A DNA stretch of 64,000 nucleotides. Origin: Yuukianura sp. NJ FZ-2021. Taxonomy: Eukaryota. The stretch spans positions 5,518,001-5,582,000 of the forward strand of contig CM102283.1 in assembly GCA_046563655.1 (NCBI GenBank), in the 5' to 3' direction. Made by a program: the position numbers and the translations under genes. The notes beneath the pieces were generated by a model, which saw nothing but the letters and a program-made list of their open reading frames with translations, made no database searches and was not told the origin of the DNA. The stretch's first letter is position 1; the number at the start of each line of letters is the position of its first letter. Of the stretch, positions 1-13,938 are shown piece by piece.

Positions 1-449
1 TGATCCTCCGTTTATCTGGTCATCCCTATCATGGTTATTTTTTGGATTGTGACCTGGTGGAGGTCACTATGATGAAGTAGGACTCTTCTAACACAACTTT
101 ACATCGTATTGCAATTCGGTATACATGTCACCGTATACGCAGAGAAAGAACTCAGTTATTTAACTTACGTAAGCCAAGCTACTACTAATTAGATTTCTGT
201 GAAACCATGTTAAATATTCTTTAGAAGTGTACCATTAGAATGTGTCCGCACTACTTCAATTTTTTGTTTCTAGCTGACAGATAGCGAAAGTGGATTCTCC
301 GAACAAAACCCTATCTGTCGTGTTGGTGTGGCAAATTTAATTCCACTAATTTATTGGCTTAATTCAAGGACCTTGATTCTCAAATCCAAAAATCGATCGA
401 TCGTAAGCTTCTTGTCGTCCAGCATTTGCGACAAGTTGGAAAGGGCAAT

Positions 450-1070
450 ATGCCGCTACCTTCCATATTTGGGTCAGACAAAGGAATGTATCCGGACAAA
501 TTCCCGAAACCTCCGACATCCAGAGAAATGCTGGAAGATATTGAAGCCATGACATCTGATGATCCCATTGTTGCGTTCGCGGCTGCCCTTCTGCGAAAAG
601 GTATTGCTATTTTGTTTGAATTCTGAATTGGATTGACGATTATAAATTCAGAATAAGACTCTACTTGTAAATTGTTTGTTGGAAAACTTGCAGGGACAGG
701 CAACGATTCTTTATCATCCACGTCATTTGACGATATCAATGCAACGGGCTTGGATCAACTTGAAGACGAGCCACCAAATACTACCAGCAATGTCCACGAT
801 TGGATCATCGACTCGCTGGCAGTAACCATTGCACGAGACATAAAACGAACTCATCACAGTCCTAGAAGTCCTACCAGTAGTGTATCCAAGGATCAGCTTC
901 CTAACATGTCTGCAATTGATGATCCATCCGATACTCATTCAAGGCTAAAAGCATTTTCATCAATCTGCTCCAAAGGTGAAGAGCTAATCGGAAATGTCGA
1001 AGTACGACTAAGAGACATGGAACTCCACTGTCAGTCTGTGATAAAGGACGACAATCCACAAATAAACTAA
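450..1070 (+). CDS. UPF0449 / C19orf25-like protein (exons 450-600, 694-1070)
   Basis: GT-AG phase-1 intron joins ORFs 426..626 and 672..1070 in frame. N-terminal FPKPPTSREMLEDIEAMTSDDPIV resembles the UPF0449 motif PxPPTxEQILEDVxxAxxEDPVF, followed by a C-terminal coiled-coil-like segment. Confidence 0.7.
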
Positions 1071-1509
1071 GGAAATTGCCATTTTGTAAATCATTTTAAT
1101 ACGATATAATCATTTATACTTTGCTCTCACAATTAAAATATAATAGTTATATAGTTTGTATATCTTCATTTTATATAATTTCTTAACTCTGGGAATCAGG
1201 CAAATTGAACATAAGAAATGAAAATGAAGACTCCCTTGTGTGGTCATTGTCTTAACAAAAAAAAACAACAAACAGAAACCTTGTCAAAATATAGTTAAAT
1301 ATTTCATTCTCGTAGTAAATATTTAACGATCAGAGATTTTCAATAAGTTTCTCAAAGACCATTTTTCTCATGCTTAAATCAGAATTAGCCTTCTAAATTG
1401 ATGCAATATCACATTTATGTACATTTAACGTAACGTAGTGTAGACCAGAAGTAAGGGCCTTCTGCCAACTGGACGACGACACTTGACCAATTACAATTCA
1501 TACTTGACC

Positions 1510-4500
1510 TTACTCTGGAAATGGGAAACCAATAGCATCGAAATCAGGTACTTGCGTCGTCTGCTGCTGCGCCGACGGAACATTTGACGTACGTGCACCC
1601 ACCATTGCTCTCAACTCTTGTCGCACAAAGTCACTCCCAACTTTAGAACAAAACAAACATCAATTAGTTATAATTACATAACACAATTAATTAACGATTA
1701 ATTATGTCCAAGATTAGTTAGTGTTACCTTGACCCTGTTGGATGCTTGAGCTTCCTTGACTCAAGAGGTTGTTGAGCGTAGAGTTTTGCTGCCTCATCCG
1801 GTAGTCGTACTGAGGTACTGGCCCACGATTTGATAGGACTGACTGCTGCAAACCACCGTTCCCAAAAGACGCCTGCCGCAAACACACATTAGTTCAATTA
1901 ATTACAATTAACTTGTATCTACATTCTAATTCTAAACTATTGTACATTCTTTATGTATACTACATATTCTATCAGGCTATATTCCAAATATTACAAATAC
2001 TCTAACGGTAATAGTTGCTTACAGCCAACTGTGCATTCAGCATCGGGTTCTGCACTTGGATGTTGTTCTGCTGGATTGTCTGCTGCATGTTGACAGAATT
2101 CTGCATTGCCACTGCTGTGCTCGTGGTCTAAACGAATCGTTACCTCTTATACAGTGCTCGTGCTCAATAATCGACAAATTGTATGGTAATGTTATCCTAC
2201 CTGTGGAATTCTCCAAAGTCTCTGCGGTGGGAACTGAAGGTTCTGCTGCTGTGCCCTCAACTGCTGATTCTGATTCATTCGGTTCGGTTGTGGAGGGATT
2301 GTCACGTTTGGTGGTCCCTGGTTCAGCAACGTGTCCAAACTCATCGCCGGTCGTTGACCAGGATCTGTAAATCAAACCATTCTTTTTAGCTCAAAGTACT
2401 TCAACTATGATTGATAACTATGATAACTATGAAGAGCCGAAGAGCGTATGCTAAAAGTGAGTAGCACTTCTTTACGTTGTTGCTGCTGAGGAGAGAGTTG
2501 TGGAGAGTGTTGCTGCTGCTGTTGTTGTTGCTGCTGTTGTTGCAGCATGTGCAGCTGTTGTTGTTGTTGCTGTTGCTGCTGCTGCTGAGCCTGAAGATGG
2601 GCCTGAAGCTAAATAGGAGTACAAAAAAACACTTTAGTAATCGATACCGATGAAATATGAAACGTAATCTGAAATGTGAATCTACCTAAAGTAGAACCTA
2701 CCTGCAACTGCTTCCTGCGGAGCAACTGAGCCGCCTGTTGCTGTTGAAGCTGACTATTCTGAATGAGGTGTTGTTGCTGACCATTGTTAGCAAGCTGAAC
2801 ATTTCTCCCCACCACTCCCACCCCAACATTGTTCAGATTCGTGTTTCCTGCTGCTCGAAACCGTGTCATGGTTGTTGTCGTAGTAGTCGTACGTTGAATA
2901 TATAAAGGTTGAGCATCTGGACCTGAACAAATGAAAAATACAAATGTAATTGCTGTAACCTACAGTTGTTTGTAAAACCGTATATTATCCGTACCTCTCT
3001 GAAGGTAAACAGACTGGTGCGGATAGTTGGGAGGAGGTTGTGCCATAACGAGAGAATTGTTTTCATACTGCATGAGTTCTTTTTGAATGGCATTGATCAT
3101 TGCCAGTTCCGTGTTAGTCTCCAAAGGTTGATGGAGGAGAGGGGTTGTCGGAGGAGGAGTTGGAGGTTCATCGCTCATGTCAGGTACAATGTCGATTACT
3201 TGTTCCAAGATGGTATCCAGGAGCTCATCTGATGCTGGAATCGACAGCGCATGTTGCTGCTGCTGTTGTGCAGCATGGACATATTGTGGAGGAGGAGTCT
3301 GTTGCAACAGAGAGTGTTGCTGTTGCTGGGGCGAAGGAGAGCTGTGGTGGGATTGAAGGAGAAGATGCTGTTGCAGTTGCTGCGGAGAGTGAAGCGGGTG
3401 ATTTTGTTGTTGAAGAAGGTGCGGCGGCGGAGTCTGAGGAGAATTCTGCTGAAGAATCTGTGAATGATGCATTGATTGTTGATTCTGCAGAGCCTGATTT
3501 TGGATTGATTGTTGTTGTTGTTGCAAAAGGTGTTGTTGCTGGGTCTTCGTACTTTGTATGAATCGTTCACTTGGTTGTGCTGAAATCAGGGACGTTGGCA
3601 CCTAAGATATACACATAAAAATCGATATTACAGCTGATCAAAACTGAAATTGATCGTAAGTTCTTTTAAATCCAATCCGTTACCTGTGGAACTGAAATAT
3701 CCTTCGCTTGTTGGCTAAGAAGGTGGACCAACTGCGGGTTCTTCTTGCATAAGTCTCCCGGTTTCGCTTTGGCAGCGGCTTGTTGCTGCTGCTTGTGAAA
3801 AGCGGCTTGTGCTGCATCCTCTTCCCGCCTGGATCCACTAACATCATTGCTCAACATGTACAATAGTTCTGTGCTTGAATGTTTAGTGTCCTCTGCTTTG
3901 TCATTCAGGAGCTTGATGAGCATGTTGTTATCAGATTGGACTGCAGTTGATTGCGAACTGCCTTCGTCGTCAGACGCCAACAGACCTTCAATCGGCAGAA
4001 ATGAGTGAGTGAAGTAAATGAAGATTAGTGTGGCTGTTTCGTTGAATGCTTACCTTTCAAAATTCGGTTCTCAGAGCCCGATCTGCTGGTAAGGAGCATC
4101 CTTAATTTGTCTCCATCGTTGGGAGATGTTTGCTGTTCTGCTGAAGGGGGCGGTTGGGGAACCTGTTGATGCGACTGGAGTTGTAGAAGAGGAGGAGGAG
4201 GTTGTTGATGCGGTTGGGACCACGGACTTTGACCCCCTGTTCCACCAGCCACGCTCAAAGTCGGGTCTTCTTCCTCCATCATTCCCCACGCAAAGTCATT
4301 GTAGTCATAGTCACTACTTGAGTTACTGGCCGCATGCAAACTGTGAATTTATACAATTAACGGATTAATTAAAAAATATATTAAAAAACTGAACTTCAAT
4401 TAAATGCTAAATCTTCTTTAAAGAAACGAGCAGAAACAAAAACACATCCACCAACCACCAAGTTTAGAAAATTAAAAAGTTGACCAAAGCTGCTAGATTT

Positions 4501-6685
4501 TTCCGGTGTCTGGAAGCCATTTGTAAGCTGCTCATACTTAAATTGAGTAATTACTCACCTAAATGTTGTGAATTCTGCTGCCGATTCGTTGTTGTTTGTA
4601 TCTGGAGGAGCTGCAAAAGAAAAAGATGTAAACATTTTCACTTCAGAGTCAAAGGGAGCTATGAATTGTCAAAGAAAAAAAAACATTTTTACTTACATGT
4701 GGGTGGGAGTGTTTGTGGGTGAGGGGAAGCGATGGATGTGGACGTTGCAGGAGAAGTTGGATTCGTCGTGGATGGACTTCTAGAATCATAAAGAGTTATT
4801 ATATATTTATACACTAAAAATATTTTGTCATGGTCAGCTCTTGATCGGACTTATATAATCACATTTTCGGTTATTTCAGTGCCACTCTGTGGCTGTTAGA
4901 AGTGAGTCATGGCCATTTAATGACTTTCCTTATTGACTTACCCAATGATTGTGTGCGTAGCCATAATGAAATCTGGTTCCGTATTTGGATTGAAGGCAAA
5001 GAGCTTGGATTTGGTCGTAACCTGAATGTACTTTTCACCCAAATGGATTCTGTAAATGGGTGAAGTAGATGAACCTGCTGACAGTGTTTCCTTTAAATGC
5101 GAGTTTAATTTGGGCAGATCCAGAGGATGACAGAGGTCTTGGAGCAAAGAACCGATCAAATCCTAAGAGATTATTAATATTTAGTTTTTTATAATCGTAA
5201 TGTTAATCTTCGACACTACAAGCACATGAATCATGAAATTGCAATCTATAATCTATCAGGAAGCTTTTACATCAACAAAAACTCATTTCATTCACATAAG
5301 AATCGAACCTTTCCAATCTTATCCTTGACCGCAGCACTGACCCCGGAGTTATCAACTCCGATTAGCTGGCCGTTAATGAGTAGTTTAGTTGTAAACTGCT
5401 CAATTGTTCCTCCTAGAAAAGTAACACCAAAAGTAATGTAACGGGTGACATTGGTAATTTATTTCATTTCAATCTTTTGAAATTATAAATCCATTAATAC
5501 TCACCCGGAAGCCGTTCGTTCGGTGGGAGTCTTCTGGCAATACAGACGAGGCTTGTGACGTTAGAATTCGTGGGAGTCAGAATTGAACTGATTTGCATGT
5601 TCTCGTACGAGTTTCCATCATCCGATTTTATGGACAAACGTATATTGAAGGAACGCTGAAGTCGAGGGGAGGGTGAATTTGGATTTGAAGTGCTCGCTGA
5701 AGTTGTTGCTACTGCTGATTGCCATCCTTTAGAAGAAAAAAAAACGTCAGGCGAGGCCTTTACAACAAACTTAAGTCAAAGTTAACAGTGTCTTACCGGC
5801 ACTCATCGGCAGGAGAATAGAGCTGAATTTTCCATGATCGTTGAGATGGATGTAGTTGTAGATAGATTGATTGATCAGTTCAGTCGAGCAATAATTGACA
5901 AATAATTGGACGTTTTCGCTTACATATTCGATAAGTCCGTCTGAGTTGACAATGAAGAGGAATCCATCGAGAGCTTCGAGAACCAGCGGACAGAGAATTT
6001 CGTTAGCAAGGATGTTGGTCGTGGAGCTACTAACTTCACCCTGCTGAATTGTATTATCCTCCTGCTTAATCCGTCGTATTTGATTTACAGTTTCCTATTA
6101 GATTAGGTCAGAACACTTTTAGTACAAACTACAATAAAGGAAGATCGATGTAAACGTTGGAAGAAATGGGAGTGAACTTTTGACATACCTGAAGAATAGC
6201 ACATTTGTCGGGTTTTACGGATAGATTTGCGGACATGTCCGCAATTGATGCAGAGATGAGTTCGGCTAATTCTTCAATGTAAATGTTCTCCTGCTCTCGA
6301 CGTCGCTTCTCATTGAGGCACTTATTACTGGAAAAAATATAAACAGACCACGATCAAATTAATTCTTTAGCAATATTACACCCCCAATAAGCTACTCTAA
6401 AGTTAATTTTCGTTAAAATAAAGCTACGGAATATGGAATCAAGGCATATGTTCCAAGTCCAGAAAGATTAATGATAGGGCATGGCACGCTGACAGCATGT
6501 ATCCAGTCGGGAGCAAAATTCTTTTTCAATTAGACTAATGGTTCAGTCATGGAGTGTTATTTAGTTAAATACTAAACCCAATGCGAAACATTACGTTAAT
6601 AATATTTTAGAACTTACATCTGACTCTGGGGTTTGCTATCCAGTTTTCTCTTCTTTGTGCTTGTGTTATTGTTAACTTTCGACAT
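1510..6685 (-). CDS. tai: Taiman / steroid receptor coactivator (bHLH-PAS, LxxLL motifs, polyQ), multi-exon
   Basis: ATG at 6685: [49 protein letters not shown]...KPDKCAILQ (bHLH). [19 protein letters not shown]...YIHLNDH and PAS-B exon near 4940-5160. LxxLL motifs LRMLL, LKGLL, LIKLL, LVHLL, LDTLL; polyQ tracts; C-terminal [18 protein letters not shown] at 1510-1512 overlaps a possible donor, so a further exon is not excluded. Confidence 0.93.
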
Positions 6686-8880
6686 GATTCGTTTTGTACA
6701 CCATTTATACCATTTTTAAAGGGTTACCGTAGCCTGTGACCTAACGTAATTATAAATCAACTTAAACGTGTCATGGACGGATGAATTACGTTGTTACTTC
6801 ATATAAATAAATCCCAGTTACTTGGGATTGAATATACTGCCGTATAATGGCAGTAGTCGTAGTACAAAATCAAACTTGAAGTCTTGTAGTAGAGTAATTA
6901 AATGGCGTTAACTTTGTTTACATGGACTCCACTAATCCACCACACCACCGTAGCAAGTCCAACTTCTCTCTTCCAACGAGTTAAAAAAACAACTGACTCT
7001 GACAGGCCGATTCCCCTCGGATTTGGATCTTTGCCGATCGTCTAAAAGACTATCCAGATCCAGAACGTCGCCGTTACGATGGCTATATCTGGATATCCGG
7101 AGGTAGTAATGAATGGTCACACAGTTAATGTTCTTAATTAGCTGAGTACAGTGATCACTGGATGATGGGGATAACTGGCGGATTGGTTGATTGGTTGTCG
7201 TCTTGTGTATAGTTTTTAATGACGTTGTAAAAATGTCTCTTTGATTCCACTTGCTTGGCCTTGAAAGTTGAGATGGGATCTATGACCAAGTTTTTTTAAC
7301 TGCAACTTTCCTACTTTATCACGAGATGGCCCAGTCAATCGCTCTTTTTCTGCTGAGGGAAGCTTCCCATGGTCTCATTTTCCTTCAACTTGTGCAAAAT
7401 ATTGCAAATTGCATCTCTGCAACTTGCAATTTTGAGGCAACAAGTGCAATTTTTGGCGCAACAATGAGATCTCTTCAGGCCAAGGCGTAGGACCCACTCC
7501 TCAGCATACTCTTGGCTACTGTACTGCCCACTCAGGGTGTAGTAGGTGAGAAATAAAGTTGGTAGCACTGAGCAGTAGAGTACTGCCAGTAGTAGCCTAA
7601 TCAGTCAGTATTTGTTGGCAAGTGCCAAGTTTGTTGTGTGCCTCGTCAATTCAATCCTATTTCTTAAGCCACCAATCTCCAATCCAATCGTCGTCACGGT
7701 TGGCAGACGTTGATTGTTCTTGGCAACAATAGACCCCTACCCTTTGTGTAAAAAATCCAACCATATCTAATGCATGGAGGAATTGGACGACCCCTTAGAA
7801 GGCACCCTGGGCGTAGAATGCTAAATTTTGCAGTGTTGAGATTTATTAAAGGAGGGAGATCTCTTTACTAAAGTCTTATTATCTCAGACAGACACCTTCC
7901 CTCTCGTTTTCAGTTTGGATTTGGGTAGTAGTGTGCCTTGATAAGTCAGTTTGGAGTGAGCAGTCACTAGTAGTAGTGTGAGCAATTAACACTAGTGGAC
8001 TACTGCTACCAATTTGCCAATCCACCCAATCCCACGGAATTGCATAGTGCCAACAATTAGATCAACTTCACTCTCGTTCGAATCACTTCAAGCTCCATTT
8101 AATTCTTTGTTCTTTTACTTTTTGCACAGAAAGTGAAAAAAAATTGCAAGGATTTAAGTGATCTCGGGTCAGATTTCCTGAAAATTGCAAATAAATTTTG
8201 CAGCCTGACAGCCTGAGGGATTTTCGCTTTTGGAAATTTGGATATGTGATTTATTTCAATTAAATTTTTAGTACTTGAGAATTATTGATGAACGTAGTTT
8301 GCAGAAACCTACATCTTCCAATTATTGGTTGTTAAACATCGTGAATTGTGTGTAAACTCGTGACTATTCCGTTCTGCATCTTGTGCCATTCCGCATCATC
8401 TGCATCTTATAAGTATCTCCTTTCTCTTCCCAAGGTTACCTTTGCCTTTAATTGGGCTTCCTTCGCCCTGGTTTCACCCCAAAAAATCCCTTCGCATTCA
8501 ACATTACATTACTTACAACTTGGAGCCAAGGACGTACAGGCATAGAAATTTGAAGCAAATTTTGGTCACGGTGACACACCATCGTCACTGCTCGTGTGGC
8601 TTCTAGGGCAGGAGACTCCAGTTCGATTCTCGCGCCCAGAGTCACCATGGCCCTACGCTTCGTCACACTCTTTGTTCTCATCTCTTCATGGTCCAGTTGT
8701 GGTAAGAAAAAACATCACTTTCGCTTTTTTCTTCAATTTCACTTGAAATCTGAAGGTCTTTCAGGTTATTAGGTTAAAAGATTTGTTCCGATTAGATTGG
8801 CTAGGTTAAGCGAGATTGGTTCCGCTAAACAAGCTTTAATTCGGCTAAGCGTCGTGATTTCCGTTAAGCGAAGTTAGTCT

Positions 8881-8984
8881 GGTTAAGCGCGGAGATGTTT
8901 AAGTTTGGTTAAGCGCGGAGATGTTTAAGTTTGGTTAAGCGCGGAGATGTTTAAGTTTGATTAAGCGCGGAGATGTTTAAGTTT
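8881..8984. repeat. 26-bp tandem repeat x4 (GGTTAAGCGCGGAGATGTTTAAGTTT) inside a degenerate GGTTA/TTAGG-rich tract (~8763-9093)
   Basis: Units start at 8881, 8907, 8933 and 8959; the fourth has one substitution. Confidence 0.9.
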
Positions 8985-10168
8985 GGTTGAGGTTAGTTTA
9001 TTGGTTAAGCGAATTTAGTTCGGTTAGGCAAGGAAGTGAGTTCGGTTAAGCGAGGCTGTTTTGGTTAAACTATGTTTTGTAGATTGGGTTAAGTTTGTTT
9101 GTGGTTTGCTACGAGTGATTGGACTACTTCTGAAGTGACGAATTGCACAAGCCCCATTTATTTTTGAGTCTTTGTTTCAGTCCAAGGTTTTACGCAATCA
9201 CCAAAACCCAAAATCATGAAAAAACTTACAACAACCCCCACTCTAGAGATATTTTCCAATATGCAAATTTTTTGCAATATGGAGCTTGTTGGTTAGTGTT
9301 TTGAAGGCTCCTTTTAAAGTTTTATTAAAGTTAGTGTTAAAAGTCTACTGTGTTTGTGTGCCAGAAAGGAATTGGCTTAGTTTGGGCGTGGTGGGAAGGT
9401 ATTATGATTTTTGGTTTCTTCATAACCTTGGTAAATTCTAACAACCTAAAAGGATTTCCTCAACCAACCTGAAAACTTTAACATTTTCTTAATGGAAGTA
9501 ACTCAAAGTGTTTGATTTCCTAGCCGATACGATACATTACACGTCAGGTCGTGTCACATCCGGAACTTTTTTATGTTGTTCCCATAACTCACCTTAGGCA
9601 CAGTAATACGGAACGAACTTATCGATTCTTACCTTCAAAGGCTTTGCGCCTGCGTAGTGCTAACTTCCAAGCCTTTGAGAATGTGAATTGTCCTGTAGGC
9701 CTTCTGTATTATGCTGTTCGTCGTCCCCCTTGGGGCTACGGTTGGTGACCGTGACGAAGCTAAAGAATTGAGCCCTAAACATACACCAATTACATCAATT
9801 ACTAACGATCTGACACACGCCTACCCCTTGTCTTTTGCTTAATCTCATTTCGACGAAAGTTATCCCAGAGGCCACGCCCTGTTAAAGATCTCTTTTCGTT
9901 CACACTTTCTTACATCGGCTCCAAATTATGCCAAATTACGCCTAAGCCAACACATTTTTGACCTCCGCCGCTGCAATAGATTTTTCGATTTCGTGATTTC
10001 CTAATTCCTACTACTGATGGCCACTTTGGTTTAGAATTTGCCGTGACAATGGGCCCGCGCCAAGGTTTAAATTTTTCTGTAAATTACTTAGGTTAGGGGG
10101 TGGCTTTTGTTGACTTTCAGATTCAAATGGCTTGAAGGTCTAAACTTATCTGATGCTGGTTTTTAAAG

Positions 10169-13100
10169 GTCCCGCGTTGGTCAACTGCTCAACGGAGACG
10201 GACTTTGTTTGTCCAGAAGAGTTTGGATACTACGCCCATCCTACTGACTGTACGCTCTACTACGTCTGCGTATTCGGTGGATCCCTGCTGGAATCATGTT
10301 CCGGTGGCCTCATGTACTCAAACACCCTCCAGACATGTGACTGGCCCAGGAACGTCGAGTGTATCAACGGAACTCCAGTCTGGACCAATTCAACTGCAGC
10401 GCCACCTACACAGATCCAGAAGCAACCTGCACCGCCGCCGCAGATCCAGAAACAACCTGCACCACAATCCGCGCCCCCGGCGCGTCAAGCTCAAATTCAA
10501 GCTCCGGATTTAGCGAGTTCGACGATAGAGGAGTATCCACAGCAGAGGTTGAGTCGGAGCTACGCAGGGGCACAACCCAGTTTCAAAAATTATGAAGAAG
10601 AGCAGGCAGTGCCCAATGGAAGGCGAGTCAAGAGACAAATGTATCATGAGTATTTGCGCCAGCTAGGACATGGGACAGAGTCAACGCAAAAGTTGAAGGG
10701 CAATGACTACTATTACTATGACGACGCCGAACAGGAACCGATTACTGACACTCGATCAATCACGACTGGACGCGGACATTTACTAACTGACTCATCAGAC
10801 TTCCACCTTCCACAACAAACTGTTGGACACAAGTATGGTTATTAATTGACACAAACAAAATTGATTAGGCTACGGACACTTCCGTGTCTTTAGCGGAAAA
10901 TTTGAAACCACCCAGAAAAAAAATGTCCAGGACAACAGTCCTCTGGACAAAAAAAAATTGGAATTATGAACTTTTTTTTCTATTTCGACGGTTTTTACTT
11001 TCGATACTTTGATTTTTCATTGGACAAACCAACTTTTAGGCGAGTCTGTGAGACGTGTCAAATGAAAGTGGGATAAGGTTAACATTTCATTGCGATATTG
11101 CAAATCCCCCCAAATGCACAGAGGTTGAGGCAGGAACGACTTGTGACATGCGCGTAGGAGTCTTCTTCATCTTCCATCAGTGTTAAAATTCTAAACTTTT
11201 ATGATTATTGTTGTTAGATCCATTTCAAGCAAATTGGTCCAAGTTCAGCGAGTGACTCCGCAACATTCAACTGACGACTACGAAGACGATTACATCAACC
11301 AGAGATATGCTGCTAATATTAGCAACAAAGTGGACCCACAGCCACAGCCACAAGCACAACCTTCAAAAGACTACGAGTACTACTATGACTACGAAGGTAA
11401 GCATCTTCTGCTAACAGTCCTTAGTGTCGTGTTTCCTCGATTATTAATTAGTTACAAATATTTATGTGATTGGGTTACAAATACCAAGGTACACAAATCT
11501 AGTCTCACTTTGCCCCATTTGACCTAGTACAGCGTCAGTCCGCCACTCCTGATTATGGGCGTGTCAAATCTCAACTTTCCTGTTCCGTGCATAACTAAAA
11601 GTTAGATCAAACAAAAATTTATTCAGTTTTGACTCCAAATTGTAATTTTTATACGATACTCCAAAGTATCGTTTAAAAAAAATGCGGGAAAAAATTCGTG
11701 GAAATTATAACACATCCAAGATTTTATCGTTTTGTGCCCAATGTTTTATATCCTCAAGGTTTTGTCTAAAAATAGATCAAAATTCGTTAGAAAACAAAGT
11801 ATCACTATTTTTTCAAAGTTTTTGAAAATTTCTTAATTTTTTTTAATTTGTCCGAGGACAAGTTGCGTAGCGCAACTCGCATATTACAGTTGACATTTCC
11901 AATTACCCCGCCCCTCACTGCCCTGAAGACATATTTGTGAAGTGTTAATTAAACTGCGTCCCTCCCTCATACGTCCGTTGAATTTAAATTTTGGCGCTCT
12001 CATAGGAGTTGTTGACATGTTGTTTCAGATCCTCAGCCAGTTGACGCCACGACGACATCGACGACGACGACCACCCCGAAGCCCATTCCTGTCATCCGTC
12101 ATCACATTACGCAACAACCGCAACCCCCTCCGCGCCGACGCCCAGGCATCAAACCCACGCTCCTGCCCCCCGCTGCGCAAATTGTCAAGGGAGCTTCGAC
12201 CAGTGTCAGAAACATTTTTGTTGACCCGCCCTCTCGCCCTGACCCTGTTTACGCAACTCCCGAACCAAACTCACCAGCAACCAAATGTCACCGCTCCACT
12301 TGCGTCATTCCAGACTGTAACTGCGGAGGAAAAGACATTCCTGGAGGACTTGATGTCAACAATACTCCACAACTTGTGATTTTGACCTTTGACGACAGTG
12401 TGAATGACCTCAACAAGAATTTGTACAAGGACTTATTTGAAGTCGGCAGGAAAAACCCGAACGGATGTCCGATCAGTGCCACTTTTTACGTTTCTCACGA
12501 ATGGACAGACTACAGCCAAGTACAGAACTTGGCAGCGGATGGACATGAAATTGCGAGCCACAGCGTATCGTAAGACACTGCTTTTTTTTTTAAATATATT
12601 TTTGGGTTTTTTTTTGAAAAACTAGGAGCTGTCAAGGTTCCTTAACAACGAAGAGTGATTTTTCTTTAACAGGTTGAGTACTACCCCGCTTATTGACAAA
12701 AAATGAAAAAAAAACAACAAAACAAAAATTGGTACCAATCCAAAAAATTACTAGTACCAACTCATATGTAAAATTTGAAAACTTCGGCTGTAGTTGAGAC
12801 TACGATGCCCGGAAATGAAAGGACATTTTTTTTTGAAAAATCGAAAAAACATGAGTATTACTCAACCTGTTAAAGAAAATCAAAGTCAACAAGCCTTGAG
12901 TAGTTGTGTTAATATTTTTCAGGCACTCTTTTGGAGAACAATTTGGAACCTCAAAATGGATGAAAGAGATCAACGGACAGCGTGAGATACTGGCAGCATA
13001 CGGAGGTGTCAAACTGAGCTCAGTTCGGGGCATGCGCGCTCCCTTCCTCGCCATTGGTGGAAACAACATGTTCAAAATGCTGTACGATTCCAACTTTACA

Positions 13101-13938
13101 TACGACTCTTCCATGCCTGTCTACGAAAACAATCCGCCATCTTGGCCGTACACTCTGGACTACAAGATTTTCCATCAGTGCATGATTCCACCGTGTCCCA
13201 GCAAATCTTTCCCTGGAGTTTGGGAGGTTCCCATGGTGATGTGGCAGGATCTCAAGGTCAGTGCCCCAGTTTTCAAATCATGTTCAAAATTCAATCTCAA
13301 AAAAATTTAGGGCGGAAGATGTTCGATGGGCGACGCGTGTTCGAATCCACCCACGGCACAAGGAGTCTATGAAATGCTGGTGAAGAACTTTGAGCGTCAC
13401 TACACGACGAATCGAGCTCCATTTGGACTGTACTACCACGCAGCTTGGTTTACACAGGCGCATCACAAGGAAGGATTTGAATCATTTCTGGACGTTTTGG
13501 TGTCGATGGACGACGTTTGGTTGGTGACGAACTGGCAGGCGATTCAGTGGATTCGAAATCCAGTGGGAATCGACCAAGGTGTTTTGAATTTCCCGCCTTT
13601 CGACTGTCATAGCAAAGAGTACAAGGCGGTAAGTTCAAAATTTCAAAATTTCAAACTACCGATTAACAGCATTTTGTTAAAAAAAATATTTAAAAAAAAT
13701 TTTGTTCAGAACTTGCCAAAGCGTTGTACTTCAGCTCGTGTCTGCAACTTATGGTGAGACAAAAACATATCATATACTATATATTAATTAATTAATCTAA
13801 ATACGTATTAATTAATATAAATAGGTATTAATTAATATATATTTTATGTTTTTAAGGCACAAGTCTGGAGTGAGATACATGAAAACTTGCCAAAACTGCC
13901 CGGAGGCGTATCCATGGACTGGTTCAACCGGAGTTTGA
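10169..13938 (+). CDS. Cda5: Chitin deacetylase-like 5 (CBM14 domain + low-complexity linker + polysaccharide deacetylase); first exon uncertain (candidate ATG 8288)
   Basis: CBM14 CPEEFGYYAHPTDCTLYYVCVFGGSLLESCSGGLMYSNTLQTCDWPRNVEC matches the Cda5 N-terminus. Catalytic motifs TFDD, HSVSH, RAPFL, DSSM and LYYH are intact. Ends CNLW|HKSGVRYMKTCQNCPEAYPWTGSTGV* (TGA 13936-13938). Confidence 0.9.

Noticed and set aside
2037-4368. Several overlapping antisense or alternative-frame ORFs
   Set aside because: Shadows of taiman low-complexity polyQ exons.
8881-8984. Short direct repeats as a CRISPR-like array
   Set aside because: Units are contiguous with no spacers, there are no cas genes, and the context is eukaryotic.
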